Source: a virus
Length of the DNA: 64,000 nucleotides
IMG/VR virus record: IMGVR_UViG_3300042507_004023
Reading direction: 5' to 3' (one strand)
A program made the position numbers and the translations under genes. Under the pieces are notes generated by a model that saw only the letters and a program-made list of their open reading frames with translations, was not told the DNA's origin and ran no database searches. Below are positions 1-8,908 of this stretch, piece by piece. Position 1 is the stretch's first letter, and every line of letters begins with the position of its first letter.

Positions 1-258
1 ATGCGCCCTGCCGCACATCAATTCAAGATTCCACACGCCATTACTCGCACCTGCCCTGTTACCGGCAAGCCGTTCACGATTACAGTGGAAGCGGAAGATT
101 GGGTAGCATGGCGAGCAATGGCGAACCGACTGTTTCCGATTTCTCACTACTTTCCGTATCTCGAAAACCTTGAATGCGAATCCTTGATTTCAGGAATTTC
201 TCCTGCGGGCGCGGAACGATTTCTTGATTGTGACACGGATCCTGAGTGTGAGGACTGA
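1..258 (+). CDS. hypothetical phage protein (may be 5'-truncated by the window edge)
   Basis: ORF track; co-oriented and GC-rich like the adjacent early genes; CPVTGKPF motif. Confidence 0.55.
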   Translation: MRPAAHQFKIPHAITRTCPVTGKPFTITVEAEDWVAWRAMANRLFPISHYFPYLENLECESLISGISPAGAERFLDCDTDPECED

Positions 259-298
259 AATTTAAAAAAAGAAAGTGCGGATTTTTTCAGTTCATCAC

Positions 299-326
299 TT
301 GCAATTCACCCGAAACCCGCTATAAT
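299..326 (+). promoter_or_regulatory. sigma70-type early promoter
   Basis: TTGCAA (299-304), 16 nt, TATAAT (321-326), upstream of ATG 339. Confidence 0.65.
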
Positions 327-338
327 AGAGGCATACAC

Positions 339-650
339 ATGAGCAACACCAGCAACATCACGATTCGTCTGAACAAGCGTCAGTGCAACTGGCTTGCCGC
401 GTTTGAAACCGAGTTTGGTCGTCCGACCACGGTGACGCGAAAGGCTCTTTTGGATATTCAAGCCAAGTGGACTGGCAAGACCGGCCCCTTCGGCTATATC
501 CTTCGTCATCCTGCTTGGCTGACGAATTCTGCGAACTTCACTGTGCAGCGAGCCGTTTACTCCCTCCCGTGGGCGGAATTCGATGCTTTCGTGGCAGCGA
601 ATGGGGCGCAGTCCCCTGTTACCCCCGCCGAGGCTCCTGCGACTGCCTGA
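339..650 (+). CDS. small protein resembling the N-terminal domain of phage CobS/MoxR AAA+ ATPases
   Basis: TVTRKALLDI...HPAWLT...VQRAVYSLP pattern recalled from N-termini of T4-like phage MoxR ATPases; follows a promoter. Confidence 0.45.
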   Translation: MSNTSNITIRLNKRQCNWLAAFETEFGRPTTVTRKALLDIQAKWTGKTGPFGYILRHPAWLTNSANFTVQRAVYSLPWAEFDAFVAANGAQSPVTPAEAPATA

Positions 651-960
651 GAGTAGAGGGACAGTGGCGACTCCTGTGGTCATATTGAGTCGCATCCCCG
701 TCTGTGTGGGAAACCATGCAGACGGATTTCGTGAGCCTTGGGTCAAGAACCAATGACTATTATATTTTAAAGGACTAATCTGATGATTGCTCACATCACC
801 CGATTAGCAGGCAAAGTAGCACTCAGCGGCATGATGCGAAACACCTGAACGATATAGTAAGTCCCTGCTGCACCCTTCTTGCACCCACTTAACTGTGTGT
901 GCAGGATTTTCAAAACCTAGCGAGTTCATGTAACGACTCGCGCATTCCTACTTAGGAGAT
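651..960 (+). ncRNA. candidate structured RNA or long cis-regulatory leader, unknown family
   Basis: Stems GCGACTC 667-673/GAGTCGC 687-693, CCGTCTG 698-704/CAGACGG 719-725 capped by a GAAA tetraloop, CTAATC 775-780/GATTAG 802-807, closing AGGGAC 657-662/GTCCCT 861-866. Confidence 0.5.
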
Positions 961-966
961 TTCACT

Positions 967-1272
967 ATGTCCGCAACTATGACTACTAACGGTCGCAACA
1001 TTCGCATCGCTAACCGCATCCGTGTGGCTGCTCAGAACATGCTGGAGGGCGATGAGTTCCTTCTGCGTGGCGAGCCGAGCCTGTTCGTTGAGAGCATCAC
1101 TCGCAACGAGAGCAAGGGCACTGTGCGCGTTCGCTTTGAGTGTGGCGAGGCTCGCACCTTCGCGTGGGATCAGAAGGTCTCGCTGAAGGAGAAGTCGGCT
1201 CACCGCGCCTCGTTCCGTCGCAACACGCTGCGCCGCGCTGGCTACCCGAACTACTACACCTACTCGGCCTGA
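967..1272 (+). CDS. hypothetical early protein
   Basis: ORF with SD AGGAG at about 954-958 and strong GC-rich codon bias. Confidence 0.75.
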   Translation: MSATMTTNGRNIRIANRIRVAAQNMLEGDEFLLRGEPSLFVESITRNESKGTVRVRFECGEARTFAWDQKVSLKEKSAHRASFRRNTLRRAGYPNYYTYSA

Positions 1273-1376
1273 GTGGGTGATTAACCTGTGGGGATGTGGT
1301 GGGCTAATTTTTGAAATTAATCCTGTGGCGGCCCACCACATCTCGCAGTTCACATCCTGATTCCCCCTTTGGAACT

Positions 1377-1416
1377 CCCCTCGGATCTCTTTCATATCCG
1401 AGGGGTTGTTCTTTTT
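1377..1416 (+). terminator. intrinsic terminator
   Basis: CCCCTCGGAT...ATCCGAGGGG hairpin followed by TTGTTCTTTTT. Confidence 0.7.
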
Positions 1417-1668
1417 ACAGGTTGAAAGTTAACTTGAATTCATTGAGTCTGCTGGTTGCTGCTGGGTGACTCTCTTCTCGATCTGGTTTACAAGTTCAAT
1501 TTCAAGGTTTAAATCTTGAAAAGAAACGCGGCGGAGAGATCGCCTGGCGTGCTGATAGGGCCCCTTTTAAACGCTAAAAACGGGGCCTATATTATCGGAC
1601 TTTGGGGGAAAATTTGAAAAAATGGGCATTTTGGCCCCCTTTTTGGCCCCCTTTTTCGATCCTTGGAC

Positions 1669-1697
1669 TTGCCATAACCCCTGTTTTAGGCTATAAT
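1669..1697 (+). promoter_or_regulatory. sigma70-type promoter, leaderless architecture
   Basis: TTGCCA (1669-1674), 17 nt, TATAAT (1692-1697), 7 nt, ATG 1705; no SD. Confidence 0.75.
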
Positions 1698-1704
1698 TAA
1701 GCAT

Positions 1705-4071
1705 ATGACCACAACTACTCTCTCTCGCACCGTTCTCGACTCCAAGGCCGTTCTCGCTCGCATGATGGCCACGGAAAACCTCACCGTGGAGCATGTTCCC
1801 TCGGCTCAGACCGCCTACTTCGACTCCACGAGCCGCACTCTCGTGTTTCCGTGTTGGAAGTTCATGAGCAACGATCTTTACGATATGCTCGCGGGTCACG
1901 AAACGGGTCACGCTCTGTTCACTCCTGCGGGCACTCAGGTGCTTGTGGATGCGATTCGCAAGGTGGATCCTCGCAACGGCTCGACCGCTGCGAAGACCTT
2001 TCTCAACATTGTGGAGGATGCGCGAATTGAGCGGTTGATGAAGGCTCGCCTGCCGGGTCTGCGTCGTTCCTTCTTCAACGCCTACAAGGAGTTGATGACG
2101 CACCCGCTCTTCGTGGAGCAGTTCAAGCATGTGGACAAGATGCGTCTGATCGACCGCATCAACATGCACTACAAGTTTGGTGCGTGGTGCAAGGTTCCGT
2201 TCACCGCTGAGGAACTTCCGCTCGTGCAGGAAGTGGAGCGAACCAAGACTTTCGATGATGTGATCGACCTGAGCCGTCGCATTTGGGAGATGCAGCGCGA
2301 GCAGGAGAACTCGGAGCCGCAGGAGCAGCAGGAGCCCCAGCAGAGTGCCGGTCAGGGCGACGGCGAGGGTCAGCAGGGCGAGCCGCAGGAACAGCAGCAG
2401 CCCGGTAGCAGCACCCGCGAGCCGAAGGGTCAGCGAGATGTGGATACCGGCGAGCAGGGCGAGAGCAAGCAGGACAACTCGGATGCCAAGGGCGACGAGC
2501 AGAGCAAGTCCGACAAGCCGCAGAGCGGTAACGCGGCGGCTTCGGGTAACGAGTCTGCGAAGAGCGAGGGCGAGGCTCAGAAGACTGAGCGTGATCCGAC
2601 TGCGGCTCAGACCGACAACTTCATGCAGTCGGTGAGCAACGAGTTCCGCGACACCGCAGCGACCTACTACACGCCGCTCACTCTGCCGCGTTTCGATTCG
2701 CGGCGTGGCGTGATTGATTTCCGCGAGCATGTGCTGCCTGCCTTGACCAAGTATTTCACCAATTGCAATGGTGCTAGCCTGCTCGCTGAGTGGGAGAGCA
2801 AGAGCCGTCGTGATGTCAGCATCATGCAGCAGGAGTTCCTGCGTCGTATGGCGGCGGATGCTGCTAGCCGCACCTCGGTTGCGGATACCGGCACGATTGA
2901 TGTGAATCGTCTGTGGAGTTACAAGATTTCCGATGACATCTTCCTTCAGAACGCCACGGTGCGTAACGGTCAGAGTCACGGTATTGTGGTGTTCGTGGAC
3001 TTCTCTGGCAGCATGAGTGCCATCATGTCGGAAACCATTCGTCAGATGCTGATGCTTGCGGCTTGGTGTCGTCGTAGCAACATTCCGTGCGATGTTTACG
3101 GTTTCTCGGACGGCATCGGTCACAAGTGGCAGGGCTGTGTGAACGGTCAGGTCTCTTCGCCGTGGGTGCATCGTGACAGCGAAACCAATCGTGCCACCCT
3201 TGATGAGGGCATGCGTCTTGTTCACCTGATCTCCACCAAGGGTCTCAGCGACCGCGATTGGCGCACCACGGCGGGCGGTCTGCTTGCCGTGTGGGGTGCG
3301 CGTCACGATTACACCGCCATGAGCAACAGCAATGGTCAGTGGGGCAGCGACGAGCAGTATCGTCAGACGCAGCGGTTGTTTGCTTTGAACAGCACTCCCA
3401 CCACGGCGGCTACGGCTGCGGCTCTTGATCTGGTTGAGCAGTTCAAGCGTCAGAACGGACTTCAGATTGTTCACTTCGTCACCCTCACGGACGGCGAGGC
3501 GAGCGATTATGTTCACGCCTCAGGTCGCCCGACTGGTCAGAAGACTTCGTGGGGCGGCGATCATTATGATGCGCCTGTTACTCACGCCAAGGGTTCCGAC
3601 TATGCGAGCGGCTACGAGTTGCGAGATCCTGTGACGGGTGCTACCGCTCGTTGTCAGAGTCGCAGCCCGAGCAGCGGTCTGAAGGCTCTGCTCAGTCTTC
3701 TGAGCAAGCGTGTGACGGGTCTGCGTTCGGTGGGTATCTCCATCACGCCGAAGCGCGATTTCAAGTCGCTGCTGCGTTACTCGGGTCTGAAGGCGGAACA
3801 GCAGGATAAGTGCTTGGAGCAGAGCCGTCGTGACGGCTTCCTGTGCGCTGAGGGCGTTCACGGTTACACCGCTTGGTTCGCTGTGCCGAATCCTCGTGTG
3901 GACGAGACCGACCCGTTCGATTCGCTGATTGCAGGTGATGCCAGCAAGGCGAACCTGAAGAAGGCGTTTGAGGCTAGCCTTGAGAAGGCGGGCAACAATC
4001 GTCTGCTCTGCACCCGCCTCGTGGATCTGATTGCGAAGGCGGACAGCAAGAAGGCGAAGGTGACGGCGTGA
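1705..4071 (+). CDS. CobT-like protein: N-terminal HExxH metallopeptidase-like domain, Q/E/S-rich linker, C-terminal von Willebrand factor A domain (MoxR ATPase partner)
   Basis: LAGHETGHAL; NIVEDARIE; acidic low-complexity linker; MIDAS motif VDFSGSM and TLTDG; architecture typical of T4-like phage cobT-like genes. Confidence 0.85.
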   Translation: MTTTTLSRTVLDSKAVLARMMATENLTVEHVPSAQTAYFDSTSRTLVFPCWKFMSNDLYDMLAGHETGHALFTPAGTQVLVDAIRKVDPRNGSTAAKTFLNIVEDARIERLMKARLPGLRRSFFNAYKELMTHPLFVEQFKHVDKMRLIDRINMHYKFGAWCKVPFTAEELPLVQEVERTKTFDDVIDLSRRIWEMQREQENSEPQEQQEPQQSAGQGDGEGQQGEPQEQQQPGSSTREPKGQRDVDTGEQGESKQDNSDAKGDEQSKSDKPQSGNAAASGNESAKSEGEAQKTERDPTAAQTDNFMQSVSNEFRDTAATYYTPLTLPRFDSRRGVIDFREHVLPALTKYFTNCNGASLLAEWESKSRRDVSIMQQEFLRRMAADAASRTSVADTGTIDVNRLWSYKISDDIFLQNATVRNGQSHGIVVFVDFSGSMSAIMSETIRQMLMLAAWCRRSNIPCDVYGFSDGIGHKWQGCVNGQVSSPWVHRDSETNRATLDEGMRLVHLISTKGLSDRDWRTTAGGLLAVWGARHDYTAMSNSNGQWGSDEQYRQTQRLFALNSTPTTAATAAALDLVEQFKRQNGLQIVHFVTLTDGEASDYVHASGRPTGQKTSWGGDHYDAPVTHAKGSDYASGYELRDPVTGATARCQSRSPSSGLKALLSLLSKRVTGLRSVGISITPKRDFKSLLRYSGLKAEQQDKCLEQSRRDGFLCAEGVHGYTAWFAVPNPRVDETDPFDSLIAGDASKANLKKAFEASLEKAGNNRLLCTRLVDLIAKADSKKAKVTA

Positions 4072-4352
4072 ATCCAACAGAATACTCGTATACCCTAGCG
4101 GTTGCCAACCAAAAGTCTCGCCATTGGTTGAAGCAACCCGAAAGTAAAGGAAGTTCGTATTGGGAGTTTTCAACTTTCAAGACCAAGCAGATGAGCGAGT
4201 TAATGGTGTTTGTGCGACAATACTCCATCAAGGGCAAACCGATTGGAGAAAGCGCAGACCGATTGGAAAGTGCCCGAGCCCTTTGGATGGAATTGACTAG
4301 TAATCATCAAGCCGTTCCTTGCGAAAACCCTTTTTACAGGTTGAATCAATGA
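4068..4352 (+). CDS. small hypothetical protein with C-terminal AR..W motif
   Basis: GTG start overlaps upstream stop (GTGA); LESARALWMEL. Confidence 0.65.
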   Translation: MNPTEYSYTLAVANQKSRHWLKQPESKGSSYWEFSTFKTKQMSELMVFVRQYSIKGKPIGESADRLESARALWMELTSNHQAVPCENPFYRLNQ

Positions 4353-4756
4353 TTAAGTTGAGAATTCAAAACGAGAAGCCGAATCCGGTATCGGTTCGTT
4401 GGGTTCAGGTGTGGCAACCGCAACCGAACCTGTGGGTGTTTGGCGTGGACTCGCCAGAGGAAACTCTAGCGGTGCAATCGTGGACAGACGGCATTCTGAT
4501 CTACTCGCCTTACGGTGAAGGCTCTACGGTGCGTGTGATAGCGGAAGATGAGATTTTAAAATCCGCTCGTTTCTTCACCACGATTGATCGTCACGACGGC
4601 TCGGATCATAAATACTTTCTCGTTAAATGGTTCTGCACCGACGAGGAATGGACAAGCGAAGCGGAAGATGCCGCTATGAGTGCAGGACTTAAGTGGATTG
4701 CGAACGGCGAATGGAAAATCAGCATCGGTGCTGGTATCGCCCGTGGAACTGTTTGA
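4349..4756 (+). CDS. hypothetical protein
   Basis: ATG 4349 overlaps upstream stop (ATGA); ORF track 4319-4756. Confidence 0.65.
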   Translation: MIKLRIQNEKPNPVSVRWVQVWQPQPNLWVFGVDSPEETLAVQSWTDGILIYSPYGEGSTVRVIAEDEILKSARFFTTIDRHDGSDHKYFLVKWFCTDEEWTSEAEDAAMSAGLKWIANGEWKISIGAGIARGTV

Positions 4757-4769
4757 AAGGAATCCAAAA

Positions 4770-5231
4770 ATGGATTTGGAAAAGCGTTTGCGTCGTCTTG
4801 AAATGCAAAACCGACTGTTGGCTAGCAAACTGTATCAGGTTTGTTTGAGCCATGACCATCTCAGCATTGCTCTACAGCGAGCCAATGTGCCCATGTCTAA
4901 CACCGACAAGTGCATGATGGAAGCCACGAGTAGAATTGTGAAGGCGAAGACTCCAGAAGAGATTGAAACCATCTATTCCGAGAGCAGCAGCAAGATTTTC
5001 AAGGGTGTAGTGCCTGATGCTCCAAAGTCACCAGTAAACAAGGTGTGGTTTTTCAAGGAAAACAAGGCATCCAAGGATCTGATCGAACAAATCGAGCAGA
5101 TGATTGCGGATATTGATGCTCAAATTCAAGGTATGAGCAAGGCGGATCAGGAGTTGTATCAGGAAGGCTTGGACGATCAAGACTTGCCTGAGAATCCCGA
5201 GGATGAAAACGATCTGAAGCCGCCGTTCTGA
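4770..5231 (+). CDS. hypothetical protein with coiled-coil N-terminus and acidic tail
   Basis: ATG 4770 after GAAAGG SD; ORF track 4680-5231. Confidence 0.65.
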   Translation: MDLEKRLRRLEMQNRLLASKLYQVCLSHDHLSIALQRANVPMSNTDKCMMEATSRIVKAKTPEEIETIYSESSSKIFKGVVPDAPKSPVNKVWFFKENKASKDLIEQIEQMIADIDAQIQGMSKADQELYQEGLDDQDLPENPEDENDLKPPF

Positions 5232-5260
5232 TCGGTCAAACAGAATTCTTGTGAGTTCCA

Positions 5261-5298
5261 ACCCCCTCGCCGTAGTGGCAGGGGGTTTTCTTTTTTTA
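5261..5298 (+). terminator. intrinsic terminator ending the early operon
   Basis: ACCCCCT-CGCC-GTAG-TGGC-AGGGGGT hairpin followed by a T-tract. Confidence 0.7.
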
Positions 5299-5502
5299 TC
5301 GCCAGAAAAAACGGCCCCCTACTTTAGTTTTAGCGAGCATGGGTTCCCATACGGGTTCAGGTCTAGTGGGTCGCGGTGTATCGCGTCCGCGTAGAAAAGT
5401 CGGCCCCCACCCCCCAAAACTTAAAATAATTCAGTTTCCCAAAAATCGCCCACAACACGCGGTGGCCCAACCCCCAAAAAACAGGTTGAATTCAACTTTT
5501 AA

Positions 5503-5509
5503 ATAAATA
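5503..5509 (+). promoter_or_regulatory. T4-type late promoter
   Basis: ATAAATA 5 nt before ATG 5515; same motif precedes many genes here. Confidence 0.6.
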
Positions 5510-5514
5510 CCTGC

Positions 5515-6330
5515 ATGAATCCTCCTCCTCCATCATCCGGATTTACTCCATCCACCACCCAAATTACACACCAAATTTACGCTAAACTGCCGATAAACCC
5601 GCCAAGTTTACCCTACATATCCGACACTCCAGCACAAACCGACGAAACTCCTTCAACCGAATGTTGTCGAAATTGTGAAGCGCGTTGGACTGGCATAGTC
5701 TGGCTTGGTGAACCAGGCGCGTATCGAAAAGTTACTCCAAACTGGTATGAAGAACAGGTCGGATTATTCTTAGACAAATTTCTGGAATGTGAATCATCGT
5801 TTTGGAAGAATTACTATAAAGAACGCGAAATATGCAAGGCAACACAAGGCTGCTTGGAGTGTTGCTTGCAAAGAAAATGCCCAAACGGAAACTCGGCGTG
5901 TCGTGCGGAAAATTTACGGTCATGTGAACAAGACACAGAAATCGGATTAGAACTGTGTTCTTACAGTGTTTTCCGTGAACTCTCATACGGTGGAATTCAA
6001 AAGGGAAAATGTAATAATCCTGGCGATTTAGATGCGCTGGTGTTCAATCCAACAATCATACAAAGCACTCGTTACAACTCGTATGCGTGTTGTGTGCAGC
6101 AACTACCCAAAGGCATACCTGGCATGATGGAACCTCTTTCCGTTTACGAGAATGCCGATGAGTTGTCGAGATGGACCTGGTATGCATCCACCGAGTGGCA
6201 CTACCAGCGAGCAGAATCGCATATTGGTGTGAACGCCTACCTTAAAACGAAAGAATGTGCTTTGCGAGAGTGTGGTGTGGTGAACTACCCGATAGATCGC
6301 GGAGTAAACAGCGGCAACGCCGCTCAGTAA
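5515..6330 (+). CDS. cysteine-rich hypothetical protein
   Basis: ORF; many Cys; NWYEEQVGLFL motif shared with 7832-8308. Confidence 0.7.
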   Translation: MNPPPPSSGFTPSTTQITHQIYAKLPINPPSLPYISDTPAQTDETPSTECCRNCEARWTGIVWLGEPGAYRKVTPNWYEEQVGLFLDKFLECESSFWKNYYKEREICKATQGCLECCLQRKCPNGNSACRAENLRSCEQDTEIGLELCSYSVFRELSYGGIQKGKCNNPGDLDALVFNPTIIQSTRYNSYACCVQQLPKGIPGMMEPLSVYENADELSRWTWYASTEWHYQRAESHIGVNAYLKTKECALRECGVVNYPIDRGVNSGNAAQ

Positions 6331-6401
6331 CTCACATCAGTCACTTTTAAAAAGATTCAGTTATTGAAATCAGTGAAATTTAACAAAAGGGGTAATTACT
6401 C

Positions 6402-6917
6402 TTGGATAATTCAAACTTGAATTTAGTTTTTAAAAAAAACGAAGAAAATCTCGTAAACGATGCTTTTATAAACACATTTATCACGCAGCAAAATCGACCA
6501 AAAGGCTCATCTAACGAAGGATATCGTCCAGAAAATTGTTTGATGTATAGACAGAAGAGAGACCTTCTATTTGAAACTCGCAAGAAACAAATAGACGCAG
6601 AATTTCAGAAACTACGAGACTGCGAAAGACAATCGGAAAGTATGAGTTTTCTTTGTTTAATTGATACTAACGCTGGTAGAACTTACCAATGGCCCAAAAC
6701 GCCACTTGGCGCACCAGGTGCGAATTGTTCCGGTATCGTATGCTGTTTGGACTCAGGATCAAGAATGGCATCTGAGTGTGACGACATTTGGCGAAAAACC
6801 TCCAAGGAGATTAACGACAAATACTATCAAGATCTTGTTAATCTAGATCGACAATATCCAAACTGTTCTAAGAATCCTGCTTATCAACAACAAACCGCAG
6901 GAACCTTGTCGGGTTGA
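6402..6917 (+). CDS. cysteine-containing hypothetical protein
   Basis: ORF track (TTG start, exact start uncertain). Confidence 0.6.
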   Translation: MDNSNLNLVFKKNEENLVNDAFINTFITQQNRPKGSSNEGYRPENCLMYRQKRDLLFETRKKQIDAEFQKLRDCERQSESMSFLCLIDTNAGRTYQWPKTPLGAPGANCSGIVCCLDSGSRMASECDDIWRKTSKEINDKYYQDLVNLDRQYPNCSKNPAYQQQTAGTLSG

Positions 6918-7024
6918 ATTTAACTTTAAATAAATACCATAAAACAACGCTGCAACAAACTAATTTCTGACTCGTGAAGTCTTCACACGAAAATACCTCC
7001 CGCCGGGAAGATTTTCTTTCCCTG

Positions 7025-7031
7025 ATAAATA
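7025..7031 (+). promoter_or_regulatory. T4-type late promoter
   Basis: ATAAATA 6 nt before GTG 7038. Confidence 0.6.
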
Positions 7032-7037
7032 TTCTCA

Positions 7038-7751
7038 GTGAAATACTTTCAAACCTACCTCAATGAAATCTTTGAACGCTCGTATCCGTGGCGATTGTGG
7101 AGTTCTGGCGACACAAACATGGACTATCAGTTTGATGTGATGCGGTTACGCGGAAGCAAGGAGTGGATTCCTGATCCAGGCCCCGAGTTCACACCAGGAG
7201 TTCCTCGCTCCATTGCCACCACTCAACGCATTCTGGGAGCGTATCGAAAAAACACACCCGCCGAGCGTCAGCGCGTCGCCGTGCAGTTCACACAGTATCG
7301 CGGAACAACCGCGTTTAAAGACTGGCAGCGAGTGAATCGCGGGCTAGCAAAAACTGGCAAACAAATTGAATTACCGTTATGGGAGCGAGTATGGGAGTTA
7401 GGCTTTGCCACCTATGTGGACACGGACGGCAGCGGGTTCGATCAAGGCACAGATGAAGATTTAGGTGGAACCGATACTTCTCATGTGATGCGAGTATTTG
7501 GTTCAATTATTCAAATTGTTGAAGACTTTACGGCTAGAAAAAAACCCGTAGGGATTATGTGGGGAACCAAAGCCGGGGCTAGACCTGCTCGGGCTTTAAT
7601 TTACAACGGCATAGCGAAACGCCTAGCCGCGAAAAGTGGCATTCAAATTTACGCGATTCCTCCGTCTCGTCCTGAAATAGCAAACACGCAGTTAGCATGG
7701 TTCGCGCCAGGTTCGCCGTTTGTAACCTCTAAAAAGATCGTTCGAAAATAG
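7038..7751 (+). CDS. hypothetical protein, putative capsid-internal (MKYFQTYLNE leader)
   Basis: ORF; late promoter; MKxFxxYLxE N-terminus. Confidence 0.7.
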   Translation: MKYFQTYLNEIFERSYPWRLWSSGDTNMDYQFDVMRLRGSKEWIPDPGPEFTPGVPRSIATTQRILGAYRKNTPAERQRVAVQFTQYRGTTAFKDWQRVNRGLAKTGKQIELPLWERVWELGFATYVDTDGSGFDQGTDEDLGGTDTSHVMRVFGSIIQIVEDFTARKKPVGIMWGTKAGARPARALIYNGIAKRLAAKSGIQIYAIPPSRPEIANTQLAWFAPGSPFVTSKKIVRK

Positions 7752-7831
7752 GGAAAACCACCGTTTTTAAAAATTTCAAAAACTCGTAAATCCTAAATAG
7801 GGGTAACGGAAATCTATCAAAGGGGAACCTA

Positions 7832-8308
7832 ATGGCCAACGAATTCGATAACACAATTTACTCGTCGTTTCAACGATCCTTCATTGCTCCTCCAGAAGAT
7901 CGAACTGCTAGAACCGATACCTTGACCGATGCGGCATTATCGGCTTGTCGTGCCGACTGCGATACCACCTGGAAAACTAATTGGTATCAGCAACAGGTTG
8001 ATCTTTGGCTTGCAGAAGAGGCAAACTGCAAGAAGGAAGCAGACGATTACAGAAGAGATCAATATCGAGGATGTGACAGTTATGGTGATTCCATGACTAG
8101 AGGCATGTGCTATCGAGAGGTAGCGTGGGCTTACGGAAGAGTATTAAACCAGTGTGTAGCCCAAATACCAGGTAAAGTTCCAGGTTTGGCAGGATATCCA
8201 ACGGTGCAGTGGTTTGAAGAAAGTTTATATCCTTCGTGGGCATACAGCACTATAACTATAAACGCAGATAAGAAATCCACAGTCTGCAAAAACAAGAACT
8301 GTCGATAA
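7832..8308 (+). CDS. cysteine-rich hypothetical protein, paralogue of 5515-6330
   Basis: ACRADCDTTWKTNWYQQQVDLWL; CTAAATA at 7793-7799 upstream. Confidence 0.7.
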   Translation: MANEFDNTIYSSFQRSFIAPPEDRTARTDTLTDAALSACRADCDTTWKTNWYQQQVDLWLAEEANCKKEADDYRRDQYRGCDSYGDSMTRGMCYREVAWAYGRVLNQCVAQIPGKVPGLAGYPTVQWFEESLYPSWAYSTITINADKKSTVCKNKNCR

Positions 8309-8334
8309 GTTTACAAAAATATTTCGAATTGAAC

Positions 8335-8362
8335 AGCCCCCCCGCAAGGGGGGCTTTCGTTT
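8335..8362 (+). terminator. intrinsic terminator
   Basis: AGCCCCCCC-GCAA-GGGGGGCT then TTCGTTT. Confidence 0.75.
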
Positions 8363-8397
8363 GAAAACCTAAATAAAGTATTCGTAGGAGTTCCACC

Positions 8398-8904
8398 ATG
8401 AAGCGATATTTGCAAATTCTTGAAGCCGCCGAGATTGTGTTAGGTTTAACTGAAGCCCCGAAACCAAAGTTTCCCAAGGGGCCTAGTTTAGGCACAATCG
8501 GTTACGGAGTTGATCTAGACGATCCACGCAGATTTGTAGGTTCACAGAAGCCACTCAAGGCTCGTAAAACTGATCCGATGGGTAACATTATTCCTAAGCG
8601 AAACGCGAAAGCATGGTCGGCTACTCGACAGATGACCAAAGCCGCGATTGATACCGCGAAAGATATGATCCTGACTCTCAGCATTAAACCTGTAGGTGTT
8701 AAAATTGAGATCATGGGGAAAAAACTTGACGGTAGCCCACAAACCATGTTCATTAAGAAAGCCATGAAGATGGGACGCGAAACTTATATAAGCATGAGCG
8801 GCAAAGAGGTGGAACTGAAAGCCGCAGGCACAGGTCTGCAAGTTTTAGATAAAGCCTCTCGTCGTGTAATGCTAGATCGCGGCGACGATATGTTGTGGGA
8901 GTAA
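8398..8904 (+). CDS. hypothetical protein, putative capsid-internal (MKRYLQILE leader)
   Basis: ORF; CTAAATA at 8369-8375; SD AGGAG. Confidence 0.7.
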   Translation: MKRYLQILEAAEIVLGLTEAPKPKFPKGPSLGTIGYGVDLDDPRRFVGSQKPLKARKTDPMGNIIPKRNAKAWSATRQMTKAAIDTAKDMILTLSIKPVGVKIEIMGKKLDGSPQTMFIKKAMKMGRETYISMSGKEVELKAAGTGLQVLDKASRRVMLDRGDDMLWE

Positions 8905-8908
8905 TCTT

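Noticed and set aside
740-870. Hammerhead ribozyme or group I intron in the 651-960 region
   Set aside because: CTGATGA and GAAAC are present, but the stem II closing pair is not formed. The P7-like strand reads TAGTA, lacking the C of the G-binding pair, and no P/Q elements were found. Kept only as an unassigned structured RNA.
2320-2600. CAG/GAG-rich tandem-like repeats in the cobT-like gene
   Set aside because: Explained by the Q/E/S-rich linker normal for this protein family; not a DNA repeat element.
1567-3516. 649-aa minus-strand ORF (also 3520-4173 and 15904-16782)
   Set aside because: These are antisense shadows of GC-rich, codon-biased + strand genes with clear motifs; their translations have no recognisable features.
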